Part shown: positions 11,467 to 24,918 of the stretch, piece by piece
Numbering within the stretch: position 1 is the first letter of the stretch
Layout: each line of letters opens with the position of its first letter
Source of the DNA: Toensbergia leucococca
Lineage: Eukaryota
DNA: 63,747 nt
Reading direction: 5' to 3'
Assembly (NCBI GenBank): GCA_022813965.1
Contig: JALDZS010000142.1
Span: 1 to 63,747 of the forward strand
Notes under the pieces: generated by a model
What the model was told of the DNA's origin: nothing
Databases searched by the model: none
The model's input: the letters and a program-made list of their open reading frames with translations, nothing else
Translations under genes and position numbers: made by a program

Positions 11467-13992
11467 GAAGTTCGCCTAGGTGTCGAAGCCGTCAGTCAAC
11501 GGTGGAGGGAAGAGTAGACGTTTGGGGGGTCGTGAAAGTTCTACCGGCAAGTGTTCGTTCTCCAAAGAGTGATGAGAAATGTTGTATAATTGGAGCTTAT
11601 ATGATAAGATTGTACGTGTAAAGGCAAACAGCTCAGAATAAGAGTGGATCAGGTTCCGAAATTATCGTTGTGTGAAAAAGAGTTAATTTGAAGACGGCGA
11701 GGAGATACCTTAGGTTTAGATGCTGCCATTTTTCAAAACCCTTGTGATATAACACTAGTCTTTCATGTATAAGTCTTTTTTTAGAGTTTACCTTCTGAAA
11801 GCATCGTAAGTCAGCGGATCTAAAACATTGAGTGACTTGTGCTACCCTTGGAGGCATACCCACCATCTCACTCGTAACTGAAGCATATCTGCCAAACATT
11901 TCACTGTCGCCATTCCCAGGCCCTATCTTTGCCTATCTTTCTCCACATTGGTGTTACGTATGACAACGTCCTGAACAACATACTAGTCAACACCTACCTT
12001 CCATTCCCTCTCTCCTTCCGGCGCAAGATTGAGAGGTGTTGCAGCCTCATGACTGCCCTATTCGATTGATCAATACTTCTTCTTTGGTCGAAAAGTAGAA
12101 TATTCCACACCATGGTTGCCAGGATCAAATTTTGTAGAACAGACACTCTAGGTCGATCAAGCGTAGAAGTTTGGAAGTATAAGTAGAGCTAGTGACACAA
12201 CAGCGGATGGAGGGATACACGAGCTGCGACAGGATCCCCCGGGCGGTGTGCTAGGAGTCATATGTTTCATGTCAGGTTCGACTCCTAATGACGCTGGCAC
12301 AATGATGTAGTGGGACTTGTGTTCTTTGGCGGTGGATTCTTGGTCAAATAGCAGCTGTCAGGGAACAGGGATTTGGAACACATCAAAAGCGGAGAGTTTA
12401 CACCTGAGCATATGGTAATTCGTCGCTTCTCCCTGCATGGTAATGCGCCTGTAAGAAGACGCCCGAGGGCGCCTTCGCTCACGCCTCGTTCTTGCCTGAT
12501 TGGGGTAGATGTATACATGAAGGGTGACTGCAATTCTGTTAGGGTGACAATGATCCTCTTCCTTGCTGCTAATGAAACTATGTTTCATAAGGTGCGATGT
12601 GTGTAGTAACCTGTGGGTAGTTATGTTTATCTAAGAAAGGGACTAATCGGAGTGGAAGACGGTATAATGTGTGTAATGGCAAGAGAAAGTTGACTCGTTG
12701 GTACGATAGAAAGATGACAGAAAATGTGGTCAGAATAAAGCGGTACCAAGCACACGAGAAGTTGGCTGGTCAATCCGTATAACTCGAAGGATCACCTCTG
12801 ACCAGACAATCATCGGAGTCAAGCTAAAAAATCTTCCCAATCGGGAGGGTTTCTGAACAACCTTAGTTTTTGCCACGCGTTCAAACCTGGCCAACACCTC
12901 CCCCTTTTTCGTCTTTTTGTTTTTTGTCTTTGCGTTGTTATTGACTGTTATCGTTGTTCAGTTCAATCTTTTATTCCACGAGTATTTCTGAAGCAGGGAG
13001 CTTTGGACGATCACGATTATATAGGCAGGTATCGGTCCTCGAGCGTATACGTTGGCCTCTCTATCATTTTAGGGAGCCGATTTTGTTTTTCGCGCAGTCC
13101 TTACAGGTATCTTACTTGGACTCCTTTTTAGGTTTCTTGCGCAATGAGCATCCATTCTTTCATCCATCCTTTCATCCACCCACCTCAAGTAGTTGGTCTC
13201 CGCTCATTCGCTCGTCGCAGATTAAATCCATCATACCAGGTCAAGCTGTCGCTGCCAAATTACATTACGTGCATGCCATGGCAGTACATGATCAGAGAGA
13301 AAAGCAAGTACAATACCCTAGTAACCAATCCTCAAACCGACATGCAATCCTAAATCGTTCTCTCATTCCCTTTCCAATGTTCTTTCAATCCTCTTGTGTT
13401 ATCGAGATTAGGTAGGTAAGATAGAGTACATTCATCACACTCATTGACGTTTGTAGTCAAATCCACTTGGTGCTACGGAGTAGAGTCCTCGAGTAAGGTA
13501 CTCTCGTACTCTACCAGTCCACCTAGCTTTAACGACAGCCGGCGCCAAGGCGCCAACCATCTGCAAGGATCATGGTCCCATGAAACAAGAGTGCAAACAT
13601 TCATTTTCTGGAAAAGGCAACAGGAGCATTCATATGCTGGGATGGCAGATAACAGTTTCACACACAACAATAAGGATTGCATGGGGCGGAAGACTTCATT
13701 CAGCCAGTGTGCAAACAAATTTCCAGTAATAGGCTCCTGGCACAAGAAGAACATATCTGAAAATGTCAGGTAGACCGAGACAATTAAGACATATGCCCAC
13801 ATAACAGTGAACGCCCCAAATCAGCCGCAAAAAGTGACAAGGTAGAAGTTTAGAACCCCGAAGCCCCAAAAGCAGGCACATCCGTGCCAAAAACACCAAT
13901 GCTTAAGCCCCCCTCAGCAAACCCAAACGCCACGCTATGCACATCCGTAAGCAGGCATTAGCAGCAGCGCAATCTTCATCAATATCTTTCCA

Positions 13993-15718
13993 CTACTTCA
14001 ACCTCATATAGGCTCTTTCCAACGCCTTCCTCTCTTTCCCATCCCCCTCCAACACAGCTACCAAATCCCGCAGTTGAATCCCCTTCCCACCCTCTCTGTC
14101 CTCCCTGAAATCGCCAAAACGACCCTTGGTTGGAGCTAAAAGTGCCCCGTTGCTACGATTCCCTGCCGAAGCCGAAGTTTTGGTGTTGAGCCTGGACGGC
14201 GGCGCAAGTGGCGTACTCCGACCACCAGAGGCGCTACTCATCCATGATTTCTTGATGCCACCCAAGGCCATGTTGACGGTGCTGTTGGTATTAGCATGCA
14301 GCTGTGCCTCCGAAGCTTTGGCTTCCATTTGACGCTTCTGCTCCTTCTTGCTAACGCCCTTTTTCGTATCCACGTCTGGGGCTCGTTCGCCAAGAAAGCT
14401 AGATGTTTCAGAAGCCGGAGTAGAGTCGCCTGGCAGGACTCCGTTTGCTGCGCGACGGGCCCGTTTTGCGAGTCTTTCTTCTTCCGCGTGACGCTCTTGA
14501 CGGGAGAGTTGCTGAAGGGCGAGGGCGACCTGATTGGGGAAGGCGATGGTGGTAAGGGGGCTGTTTGTGGCGGAGAAAGACCCTGCGGGCAATTAGTGAG
14601 AGTGAATTGCCCCAATGAGTGGTGAGCATACGCTTTAAGGGGTTAGATTTGGGGGAGACGGCACTATTGGTTGGGGTGGGTAATGCGGGGACGGATTCGG
14701 GTGCTGCGTCCCCGATGGCGATATCAGAAAACTCAGGCGGTACAACGCCATGAGATGTTACTCTTCTGTTTTTTGCTAGAGCGGCTGCGTCTTCCACAAA
14801 GCCGCGCATCCGCTCTTCCGTTGCCAGTGACATCAAGGTCAGAATTTCGACCAGAGGGGCATCTTGGTATAGGAGATCTTGACCTTGTAATACGGTCAAG
14901 ATTTCGTGCTTGTCTGGACCGGCGACGGCCATTTCGATCGGCCGGCCAGCTTGACTTGTAGAATTTAGTAGGCCGGTACTAGGGACAGTGACATGCATTG
15001 TGTGGGCTTGCTTGAAAATGCGCCGCTGTACCCAGCCGGCATACAGAAATGGGTCGTTCAAGTGGTATTGTCGTCTTTCTGCTTTGCGCCGTGTACCCCT
15101 CTTCCGTTCGGCGGCATCTCGTTCTTCAGGAGACTGGTAAGGGCCTGGTGGCTGGTTGAAAGTACCTGCACCGTAGAAGCTGTTTCTGTCGCCTGGTACA
15201 TTTTGAGACAATGTAGGGAAATTATTGCTATTGGTGTATGGCCCCACTCCCGAATTACTTGATCCAGTGGAGTTAAAGGAATTGGAAAGGTTAGAATTGA
15301 ATGAGGAATCAGCCTGCTGCTGACTGGAAGGATTGAATCGATTCAATAGCGCAGCTTCCTCCTCTTTCAAATCAACTCCAGATCCCTGCAAGACATCGGA
15401 CAGTTCATTCATATCCGTGGGCTTGTCCGCAGGTCGCGAAGGTGGCGGACCCATGGTCCCTGTGGGGGGAGGTTGGTTCATTGGGGCGTAGGAATTGTTT
15501 GTTGGAGAACCGTTTGGTTGGGCGCCGTAATACGGACTGCTGAAGACTTGATTTGGCAAAGCGATATTTCCTAGGTTTGCGGGACTGTAGGGTGATTGCG
15601 GATTAGGTGACAATCGCTGTCGCTTGTTGGGTGCGAGGAAACCTCCATGGTGAGAGGACGATGCTGATTGTGCCGGCGAAAAGGTCCGCGGGGGGTATTG
15701 CTGTTGTGGTTGTGCCAT
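13993..15718 (-). CDS. TAF4: TFIID subunit TAF4, 2 exons
   Basis: Exons 15718-14632 and 14582-13993 (49-nt GT-AG intron). HLNDPFL, histone-fold LMSLATEERMRGFVEDA, ANTNSTVNMALGG and C-terminal IQLRDLVAVLEGDGKE match fungal TAF4. Confidence 0.88.
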
Positions 15719-16238
15719 GATCGCACTTAAGCTGAGCGCTCTGCAAAGACTGCTTCTACCACGTTCTGCTCACGTCACTGGCTGAGCGGAGGGCAGGCCG
15801 CCAGCGCGAGCGCTGATCCGCCTTTAAAGTACCCTAGTCCCTCAAATGATATCCTATCCTCATACGCCTGCGTATTCAACTGGTGGCGCGAGAAGGGTAG
15901 TATGGTCCGTCTCTATCGATTTCGGCAGTGTGTGATGCTATCGTGAAAGGCCGTTGGATGAAGAGAAGTTCGCCGGTCGGGAGTCTCTTACACGTGATCT
16001 CGCCTATTTAGCAAGACTTGAACGGGGACGACCCCTTGTCTCAATTCTTCAACACTGCCCTTCCTTTTGCTGTTCACTAAGACTTCAACCCTCTGTATGA
16101 GTGTGAGAACAGATCTGAAAGACTTTATGCAAAGTATCCTTCACCTAGTTCCGACCCTACTACTCATGCTCTCTACCAAATTGCGTGGTGCAACATCCCA
16201 GTCAGCTTGTCTCATACTTACCTAAGAAACATCTCACC
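15719..16238. promoter_or_regulatory. Bidirectional promoter region TAF4/YSH1
   Basis: 520 bp between divergent start codons; CACGTG at ~15991. Confidence 0.6.
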
Positions 16239-19200
16239 ATGGCTTCAAAGAGGAGACTCTCCGCTATATCGCCGGATGTAGAAGAGCCAGTTGACCCCGC
16301 TGATGAACTGATGTTTGTATGTCTAGGAGGTGGAAATGAAGTTGGAAGATCATGTCACATAATTCAGTACAAGGGCAAGACCGTCATGGTATCTCTCTAC
16401 TCTTCATCTACAATTCTAGCCTATCTCTGACAACTCTTTAACTTAGCTCGATGCTGGACAACATCCGGCCTTTGATGGTCTTGCCTCTCTGCCATATTTC
16501 GACGAATTTGACCTCAGTACAGTCGATGTCTTACTCATAAGCCAGTATGTCACCTCTCACACGTCTTCGTTCCTAAAAGAGCCCTGGCCATGTTTAGGGT
16601 ATAATGGAAACTCAAGGGCATGGTGTAAGATAGTAGAGGTCGGCACGTGGAATCCATCTCCAAGCTTCTTCGAGCTAAATTATTGGGCGCCGTGGAGGAT
16701 TGAAATTGTCTCCCTTTGCTGGAGCATTGACATCCTCGCAAAATCATGTCATGGCTTGTGTTGCAATCTTGTAAAAGAGGAATCAATACAAATACATCCA
16801 CATCTCATGATGCTCTATTGCTACTGTCACTATGCTGTGATGTTGAGATCACCTGTAGCATCGAGTCGAATTTCGCCTGAGCCTTTGTGAATCGTCAGAG
16901 CTTCTCGAAGCAATTGCCCATGATGAACGTGCAGGCTGACCTCGTCTTGATACAGTTTTCACATTGATCATGCTTCCTCACTGCCATACGTCCTTGCAAA
17001 GACCAATTTTCGGGGCCGGGTCTTCATGACACATCCAACCAAGGCTATTTACAAATGGCTCATTCAGGACAGTTGCCGGCTGCAGTGAGTAATGTTATGT
17101 GATGCTCTAACATTATGGCTAACCCTCCGTCAGGAACACCTCCTCAGCAGACCAGCGATATCAGCTATATACGGAAGCAGATCATCTTTCCACTTTCCCT
17201 CAAATCGAAGCGATCGACTACCATACTACTCATACTATCTCATCTATTCGCATAACGCCCTACCCTGCCGGTCATGTCCTTGGCGCTGCAATGTTCTTGA
17301 TTGAGATTGCTGGGTTAAAGATACTATTCACAGGAGACTACTCTCGCGAAGACGACCGCCATCTCATATCTGCAGAAGTGCCCAAAGGTATCAAGATTGA
17401 TGTCTTAATCACTGAAAGCACTTACGGAGTTGCTTCACACATTCCTCGGACAGAGCGAGAAGCTGCTTTGATGAAGAGCATCACTAGCATACTTAACCGT
17501 GACGGCCGGGTACTTATGCCTGTGTTTGCGCTTGGACGAGCTCAAGAACTGCTACTGATCTTGGACGAATATTGGGCGAAGCATCCGGAATTCCAGCAGA
17601 TCCCAATTTACTACGCTTCAAATCTTGCCCGGAAGTGCATGGTAGTCTATCAAACATATATTGCAGCTATGAATGATAACATCAAGGGTCTGTTTCGCAA
17701 AAGAATGGCGGAGGCAGAGCAAGCTGGCGATGTGAGTAAAGGTGGGCCTTGGGATTTTCGCTTTGTCAGGAGTCTTAAAAATCTAGAGAGGTTTGATGAT
17801 GTCGGAGGGTGTGTAATGCTTGCGAGTCCGGGAATGTTGCAGAGCGGTGTAAGCAGAGAGCTTCTAGAACGATGGGCCCCGAACGATAGAAACGGCGTAG
17901 TCATCACTGGATATAGTGTTGAAGGGACCATGGCGAAACAACTTATGGGAGATCCCGAGAGTATCCCAGCCATTATGGGTAATAGAGGTGCAACAACGTT
18001 AGGAAGAACGAAAGGCTTAGGTGCAAACGGCCAAATAGAGAAAACCATGATACCCAGGAGATGTAGCATACAAGAGATGAGCTTTGCGGCACACGTGGAC
18101 GGGCAGGAGAACATTGAATTCATCCAAGAGATTGATGCCCCTGTTGTGGTAAGTACGAAAATCCTGCTACGTAAGTATCATCACTAAATGTCACGCAGAT
18201 ACTTGTGCACGGAGAGAGGCATAATATGATGCTTCTCAAGTCAAGACTTATTGGCCTCAACGCCGACAAAGCAACAAAGACCAAAATCTTCAGTCCTGCA
18301 AATACCCAAGAAGTTCGTATTCCATTCAAAGCAGACAAAACGGCCAAAGTGGTAGGAAGATTAGCTCAAGTCCCCCCACCGAGAACTTTGGACCAAGATG
18401 ACACACAGCTCATCACTGGTGTACTGGTCCAAAACGACCTTAAGATGTCGCTCATGGCCCCCGAGGATCTTCGAGAATACGCTGGTCTTACCACCACGAC
18501 TATCATGTGCAAACAGAGGATTACTTTGAGCGCCGCGGGGATAGATCTCATCAAATGGGCCTTGGAAGGGACTTTCGGCGCCATTGAAAATATTGGACCG
18601 AAACAGAAAACGGTGGCGAACGGGACTTCGGGCACAAATGGCATCTCGCATAGCGATGAGACTGCTGATGAAGAGATTGGCTACTCACCTCATCCTGTGG
18701 CATATCTTGTGATGGGCTGTGTCATTGTTCGCTGTCGAAATAGTGGCGAGGTAGAAATAGAGTGGGAAGGCAACATGCTTAATGATGGAATTGCGGATGC
18801 AGTATTAGCAGTGCTCTTCACGGTAGAGAGCAGTCCAGCGGCAGTCAAACGTAGGTTTTCCTTCGTTTGAGATACTAAGTTGTGCTAACGAGTCGAAAGA
18901 ATCTTCGAGGAATCACCATCATAATCACGATCACAGCATACGAAATCCTCATGCAAATGTGACACCTGAAGTACGCTTCTCTCGACTTTGCATGTTCCTC
19001 GAAGCGCAATTCGGCGATTCGATAACCCCCATGACCCATCCAAAGATGCCACCTAGATTACCCAAAGTCCGAACTAATCATGATGGCGTCAAAACGGATG
19101 CCACGGAAAACGATAGCTTCGATGAAGCCGAAGAGGAAGATTTGGAGGATCTAGAAGCCGAGGAAATGGAAAGACTATATAGCATTGGGATACCGGTACC

Positions 19201-19357
19201 TGGAATAGAGATCAAGGTAGACAAGCATGTAGCGAAAGTCTGGCTAGAGACCTTGGAGGTTGAGTGTACGTACGGTGTATTGAGGGATCGGGTACGAGCG
19301 ATCGTTGAGAGGGCTGTGGAGACAGTCGCTCCACTTTGGGGTCAGAGAGGGAGCTAA
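16239..19357 (+). CDS. YSH1: mRNA 3'-end processing endoribonuclease (CPSF3/CPSF73), 6 exons
   Basis: [86 protein letters not shown]. Exons 16239-16388, 16447-16544, 16956-17084, 17134-18148, 18199-18850, 18900-19357. Confidence 0.97.
16770..16845 (+). promoter_or_regulatory. Putative intronic cleavage/polyadenylation signal in YSH1 intron 2
   Basis: TGTA (16770-16773), AATACA twice (16785-16796), downstream TG-rich TGCTGTGATGTTG (16833-16845). Function is inferred. Confidence 0.45.
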
Positions 19358-20227
19358 GAGCGAGCTGAAGTACTTTGCGAGAAGTGTAAGGGAAGCAGTA
19401 ATGCAAATCTGAGGTGATACAACACGGCGTCTAAAATACCAGTACCTGGTGTTTGCCTCGGTTAGAAGACCCTAGCTGGGCAGGCATTATGCAGTACGCC
19501 CAGCGGAAGACATAATGAGAAGCAGTGCCACTACAGCCATGTGATAGAGCACTGATAGGCAAATGATTGAACCAACAACAATGGGTAGAGAATCAAATAA
19601 GCATGATACTTGGACACATCCCACGTCAATGGGATGAATATTGCGTGTCAACCTAATACTCAGTACTCGTAGACGTTGAAATGAATTCACATTACGAAGA
19701 AGCTGCAAGCTAGGCCCAATCTATTCTAGGCCACTAGTGGGCATTCGTGTGGTTATCGAGGCACTACCTTAGGTACCTACTACCTGCACTTCATCATCCT
19801 CCACTGAACAGGAACAGTAATCTCTCAAATCCTCCCATTATGTCACTTATTCTACCATAATTGAATTCACAGTATTCTCCGATCCTCTTTTGACACCTGT
19901 TCACCTTGAACATGCTGCTCTCTCGCCATTGCTGACGAGAGTCCAAGCCTTGGAAGACCTCCATTTCTTACTCCGCCTTTCCGACTGACGCGCGACCGAA
20001 ACACCCTCGAAACTCACCACTCTACCATTTTCATCTTATCTGCAACCCCGAATGTGACTCGAATCTATTCTCTCTTCATACCTTATGGCAAACTTGCAAC
20101 TTGGACTCGCAAACCCTTTTCGGTGAATCCGCGGCGTCGGCAGGATTAGGCACTTCAATACCCGAGCACCACCCTCAAATTGACGTCTCCCCACGTCCAG
20201 GAATTCTTGTCAGCTCTTCGGTGAGAT

Positions 20228-22528
20228 ATGTCGACACCTTCGACTGCAACGGCCGTTCATGCTCCTCATCATCCTCACTACCCATACACAAACCATCAGT
20301 CATACCAAAACAATAATCTTGGATCATATAGCGCAGGCACTACTGCATTGAACGGCCCATCTCGATTAGCTTCCTCGTACAACACTTTTCCGAACCACAA
20401 TACCTCTTCTGTCACTCGTCAATCCACAACTTCCACGTCTTCAAAACCTGGTCCAACATCCGCTGCCATGACCACTTCACAGTCCATGTCTGTACTACAA
20501 GGCTCGAGGAAGAGAGAACGACGGCCAGATTGGAATGAGTTTTATAAGAACGGTCCACCAAAGGAAATTATTGTGATCGACGACGACTCGCCTCCGCCGG
20601 GGAAAAGAAGTGGGAATCATCGTCCAAATCATACAACGCGGACCGTCATTGGCAATCGTACGAATGAGCACACGAACAAGAAGCGAAAAACCGGTCAATC
20701 ATCTGGCTACGATCCTGTACATCAACGAGCCGCATATTCGAATACCCATACTCCACAGTATGGCGATACGGCTTCGAACACGATATCTACAGACCGAACA
20801 ACATCGTTGCACACTACAGCACCTACGTCATTGGGCTCTCATACTAGTGGCGGAAGTATCACTCATCTCGAGGAGGGGACTGTAGGACAGAAGCGGAAGC
20901 GGGCAATGACACGGCAGCAGACTGCTGATGAGAAGAAGCGAAAGGAGATTGAAGTGGTTGGTGATGCCTACAGCTCTTATGTGCCTCCGCCGAAGCCACC
21001 CATCAAGGCAAAGGATGTCTACGTACCACCCATCAAAGACGTAAGACCTCATTTCGTTGATACTTTACCATTTGCTAACATCCCTTAGTCTTTACCATGT
21101 CAGCAAAAGGTCGATGACGATGATGGACATTACATTGTCAACCCTGATACGGAGATTGGTGATAGATGTAAGTTTCACTTGGCTCTAATGCATGAGCCAA
21201 TCCTCATGTGGGATTGTTTTAATACTATATAGATCAAGTCTCGAAGTTATTAGGACAAGGTACCTTTGGGAAGGTCGTGGAGGCCTACGACAAAAAGCAA
21301 AGGACCAGATGTGCCATCAAAATTATTCGATCCGTGCAGAAATACCGAGATGCATCACGGATCGAGTTACGAGTTCTCTCTACACTCTCCCACAACGATC
21401 GAGAAAACCGCAACAAGTGCATCCATCTTCGAGATTGCTTCGACTTCCGCAATCATATATGTATTGTTACCGATCTCCTCGGCCAAAGTGTCTTCGATTT
21501 CCTCAAGGGGAACCAATTCGTGCCGTTCCCAAGTAGTCAGATACAGAGTTTTGCTCGCCAACTCTTGACCAGCGTTGCTTGTAAGTAGATGCAAATCCAA
21601 CCTGTAGTTTTTTACTAATTCTCTGTGGCAGTCTTACATGATCTTAATTTAATACATACCGATTTAAAGCCAGAGAATATCCTCCTCGTCAACAACTCAT
21701 ACCAAACCTTCACCTATAACCGCCAAATTCCCTCGTCATCTACTACAACCCAACGCATTGCCAGACAACGGCGAGTTTTGCTGGACACTGAGATAAGACT
21801 GATTGATTTCGGCTCTGCTACCTTCGATGATGAATACCATTCCTCGGTTGTCTCCACAAGACACTACCGAGCACCAGAGATTATACTTAACCTTGGTTGG
21901 AGTTATCCCTGTGATATCTGGAGTATAGGCTGTATATTAGTCGAGTTCTTTACCGGAGACGCTCTCTTCCAAACCCACGATAACCTCGAGCATCTGGCTA
22001 TGATGGAAAGCGTATGTGGTGGAAAACTTGAAGCGAGGCTTGTCCGCCAGGTTCAGAACAGTGGTAGAGGCAGCAACTCCAATCAAGCTGCAAAGTCAGT
22101 GTATAGTGCATAGTTTACCGTGCTGTTTTACTAACAACGCTGTTAGATACTTTGCTGGCAAAAGCTCCAAACTCGACTACCCTAATAACGAAACATCCAA
22201 AGCCTCAAAGAAATACGTCAAAGCTATGAAGCACCTGAACGCAAGTCAACTCACATAATTTACGGGTAGCTCGGAGCTGACAAAGTCACAGGAAATCATC
22301 CCGGCAAACACTGTCTTTAACAAGCAATTCCTCGACCTCCTCCGCAGAATCTTTGTCTATGACCCTCGCTCACGGATCACCGCTAAAACCGCCCTCAAGC
22401 ACCCATGGTTCACAGAAAGCCTCATCGATGACGGCACCGAAGCAGCGAGGATCAGGCGCGAGAGGGAGGAGCAAGGTAGGGGAGAAGAATCTAGGCTGGG
22501 AGGGACTCGGAATGATGACTATACATGA
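20228..22528 (+). CDS. LKH1: LAMMER (CLK/Kns1/Lkh1) dual-specificity kinase, 6 exons
   Basis: [45 protein letters not shown]. Exons 20228-21040, 21089-21167, 21233-21580, 21632-22094, 22147-22240, 22292-22528; last intron GC-AG. Confidence 0.96.
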
Positions 22529-23150
22529 CCCCTGTAATACTCTCACGTTTTGTTAAGCCTGCTCGTTTGTTGCTACAATGGAAAGTGACGAGATGATGTT
22601 CTGGCGGATGCAAGACAGACGGCAAAATGCATGGATTTTCTCGATGTTGCATATGGGCGTCTCTTCGGCCGATGGGGGTGACGACCTTATTTACGTTGAT
22701 GCAAATTGCATAGAGGGCGGGTGATGTGGGATGGATGGATGATAGGTATAGGAAGGGATCACTTTTACATATGATTTTACAATTTACTTCTTACATGTTA
22801 TGTCTTGGGAGAGAGGGCGGTAAGGTAGGGAGAAAGCGGGAGTCTTTTTTTTCAATGAAAGACTGGAATATTTTGGTCTTTATTGGATAAATTCTCTCTT
22901 TATCTATGGCCTGAGGAGGAGAGGGTTGTCTAAAATAGCGGCTATTGCTAGGAGAGAGAGATGAAAAAGCTGGGAACGTTCAGATCATGTTTTTCTGAGG
23001 ATCTTCTGAGGTTTCACATTGAATGTTGCAGATGATGCCCCCCTTTTTTTTCGATACCACCCCCCCCGGCTTGGCCTCGGAGCTGAATGACTTCTTGCTT
23101 GATTTGGCAGTCGTGACTGCCATTCTTGGGAAAGCTGAGCCCTTTTCCAA

Positions 23151-23840
23151 TAAAATCCCCATCTCATTGTTTCGTTCTTTTTCTTTTTTTTTTTTTTTCC
23201 GCAACGCTTTACCTTGAAATTTTTTCTCCTTATTCTTATCATTTTTATGGTGATTTGTTTATCTTGAAATGTCTCTCTCCCCGGGTGAGAGGATTTCACT
23301 GGTCGGAAGTCGTCCTCTCTATTTTCGCCATTCCGATCGGATGGGGCTGCGGTCGCCTTGAGGTTTCAGGCGACTTTTTTTGATTCAGGCTTTCTACGAG
23401 TACCATCAGTATCACCTTGGAACCGCCTGATTGATAGTGAGAGGTGATGATAGTACCGGAGGTCTCGAAATTTCGCCTCAAAGACGGATGTATCGGGGCT
23501 GCTTTGTCTTCACCTTCGAAAAGTCTTACCAGCGACAAATCCCAAAATTGGATACCGTATATAGGGAAAGGGACTAGCAAATTCCCCGAGGACAGCAACA
23601 TTGATATCTGCGCCGGACCCCACAGAACAAACCCCGCCTATGCAAAAATCCCCATGTCATTGTTTTCGTCTTGTTTTTTCTTCTACAACGCTCTACCTAA
23701 ATTATTCTTTATATTCTTATCATCTTTATGATCATATATTTATCTTGAAATGTCTCTCTCACCAGGTGAGAGGATTTCACTGGCCGGAGTCATCCTCTTT
23801 TTTTTCGCCATTGCGATTGGATGGGGCTGCGGTCGCCTTG
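23151..23840 (+). repeat. Direct duplication (~200 bp) of a 5' leader plus start of a small membrane-protein gene
   Basis: ~23151-23360 and ~23645-23840 align closely (AAAATCCCCAT...TTTATCTTGAAATGTCTCTCTC...GGATGGGGCTGCGGTCGCCTTG). Confidence 0.9.
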
Positions 23841-24210
23841 GGTGTCGCCTGTCACCGACGGCGCCGGACAGTTCAGTGCCCACAGAACAAATCCCCCTGC
23901 TCAACCCCCAGGACTTCGTCTCGCGGCAGGAGGTAAGCTTTGATGACTCCAAGTCTAGTCTGCTTCTCTAATCATTCTCAAGTCCTCTCCTAGAACTCCA
24001 ACAACATCTAAATCAGATGTATCTCCACGGGCTTCGATCACGCCGACGAGATACCAGGAGGAAAGAAAACAGAAGATGCTCGAATACGTGGCACACAGCG
24101 CGAGGAAGACCTACGGCAGGAACTCCTTGCTGTAAAGCAGGAAGCTCTGCCGCGTGGCGAGTTAAGGTACTGGATCAACCGAGGAGGCAACCTGCCTCCT
24201 CCGTCTTAGG
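23750..24210 (+). pseudogene. Small single-pass membrane protein gene, probably disrupted
   Basis: MSLSPGERISLAGVILFFFAIAIGWGCGRL hydrophobic segment; GTAAGC donor at ~23933; downstream coiled-coil-like pieces lie in different frames. Confidence 0.4.
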
Positions 24211-24436
24211 GACACGATCGCTTGGCCCGTCTCTTCAGCTGGGAGCTCCTACAGGCACTTTCCAGTAAGTCTGCTCAGCCTCACTGTGATTTATTTTTTT
24301 TGGTATACATCCTCATCGTGCTCAATTATACGTCCGTCATCTATGGCATGAAACCCTTACTTTTGCTTAATCGTCTCATTATCTTCGCGATGCGTGTACC
24401 AGATCGAAGTAGTTGTAGCTAATTGCTTACCCACAG

Positions 24437-24645
24437 GCACTAGACTCCACGTCCTCATTACTAGCAGATCAGGTATCCCTGACATCGAGCACAGCATCAA
24501 AGCTGATATTCAAGTTGGGATCCGCAGCAACGAAAATGATGTGCGCCTTTACTTACAAAACGCATTGCGTGATCAGGATCTTCTGTCAGATTGGATATTG
24601 GAAAGCCCCGAATTTGAAGCGTCCATTATTAGAGCCATCCTACCT
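24437..24645 (+). pseudogene. Orphan exon of a NACHT-type (fungal NLR-like) NTPase
   Basis: Branch point and acceptor (GCTAAT...CCCACAG), then RLHVLITSRSGIPDI...NENDVRLYLQNAL...IIRAIL, resembling the NACHT sensor-1/helical-domain region; no P-loop nearby. Confidence 0.6.
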
Positions 24646-24918
24646 GCTGGCACCTGCAGTAGGACCCGGGGAGGAATACTGACGGCGACTCCGTATCTTC
24701 ACGTGATGTCGGTGGCGAGTAGCCCGCAAAGGTGAACCCAAGACGGGTTCACATTCGAAAGGTTTGTCTTAAACCTTTGATGTCTAGATGACTTTTGGTT
24801 TAGCACTTCCGTCCATGTAGCTGATGTTGTTTTATCAACAGAATTTAGCGCTCCAAAACCACAACAACGTATCCTACCCCCCTCGGACCAACAACGACAA
24901 CCCTCCACATGGTTCTTC

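Noticed and set aside
12200..12300. tRNA gene
   Set aside because: Only the T-loop motif is present; no acceptor, D or anticodon stems.
16804..16882. Possible C/D snoRNA in YSH1 intron 2 (ATGATGC...CTGA)
   Set aside because: Imperfect C box and no rRNA-complementary guide I could recognise; snoscan would settle it.
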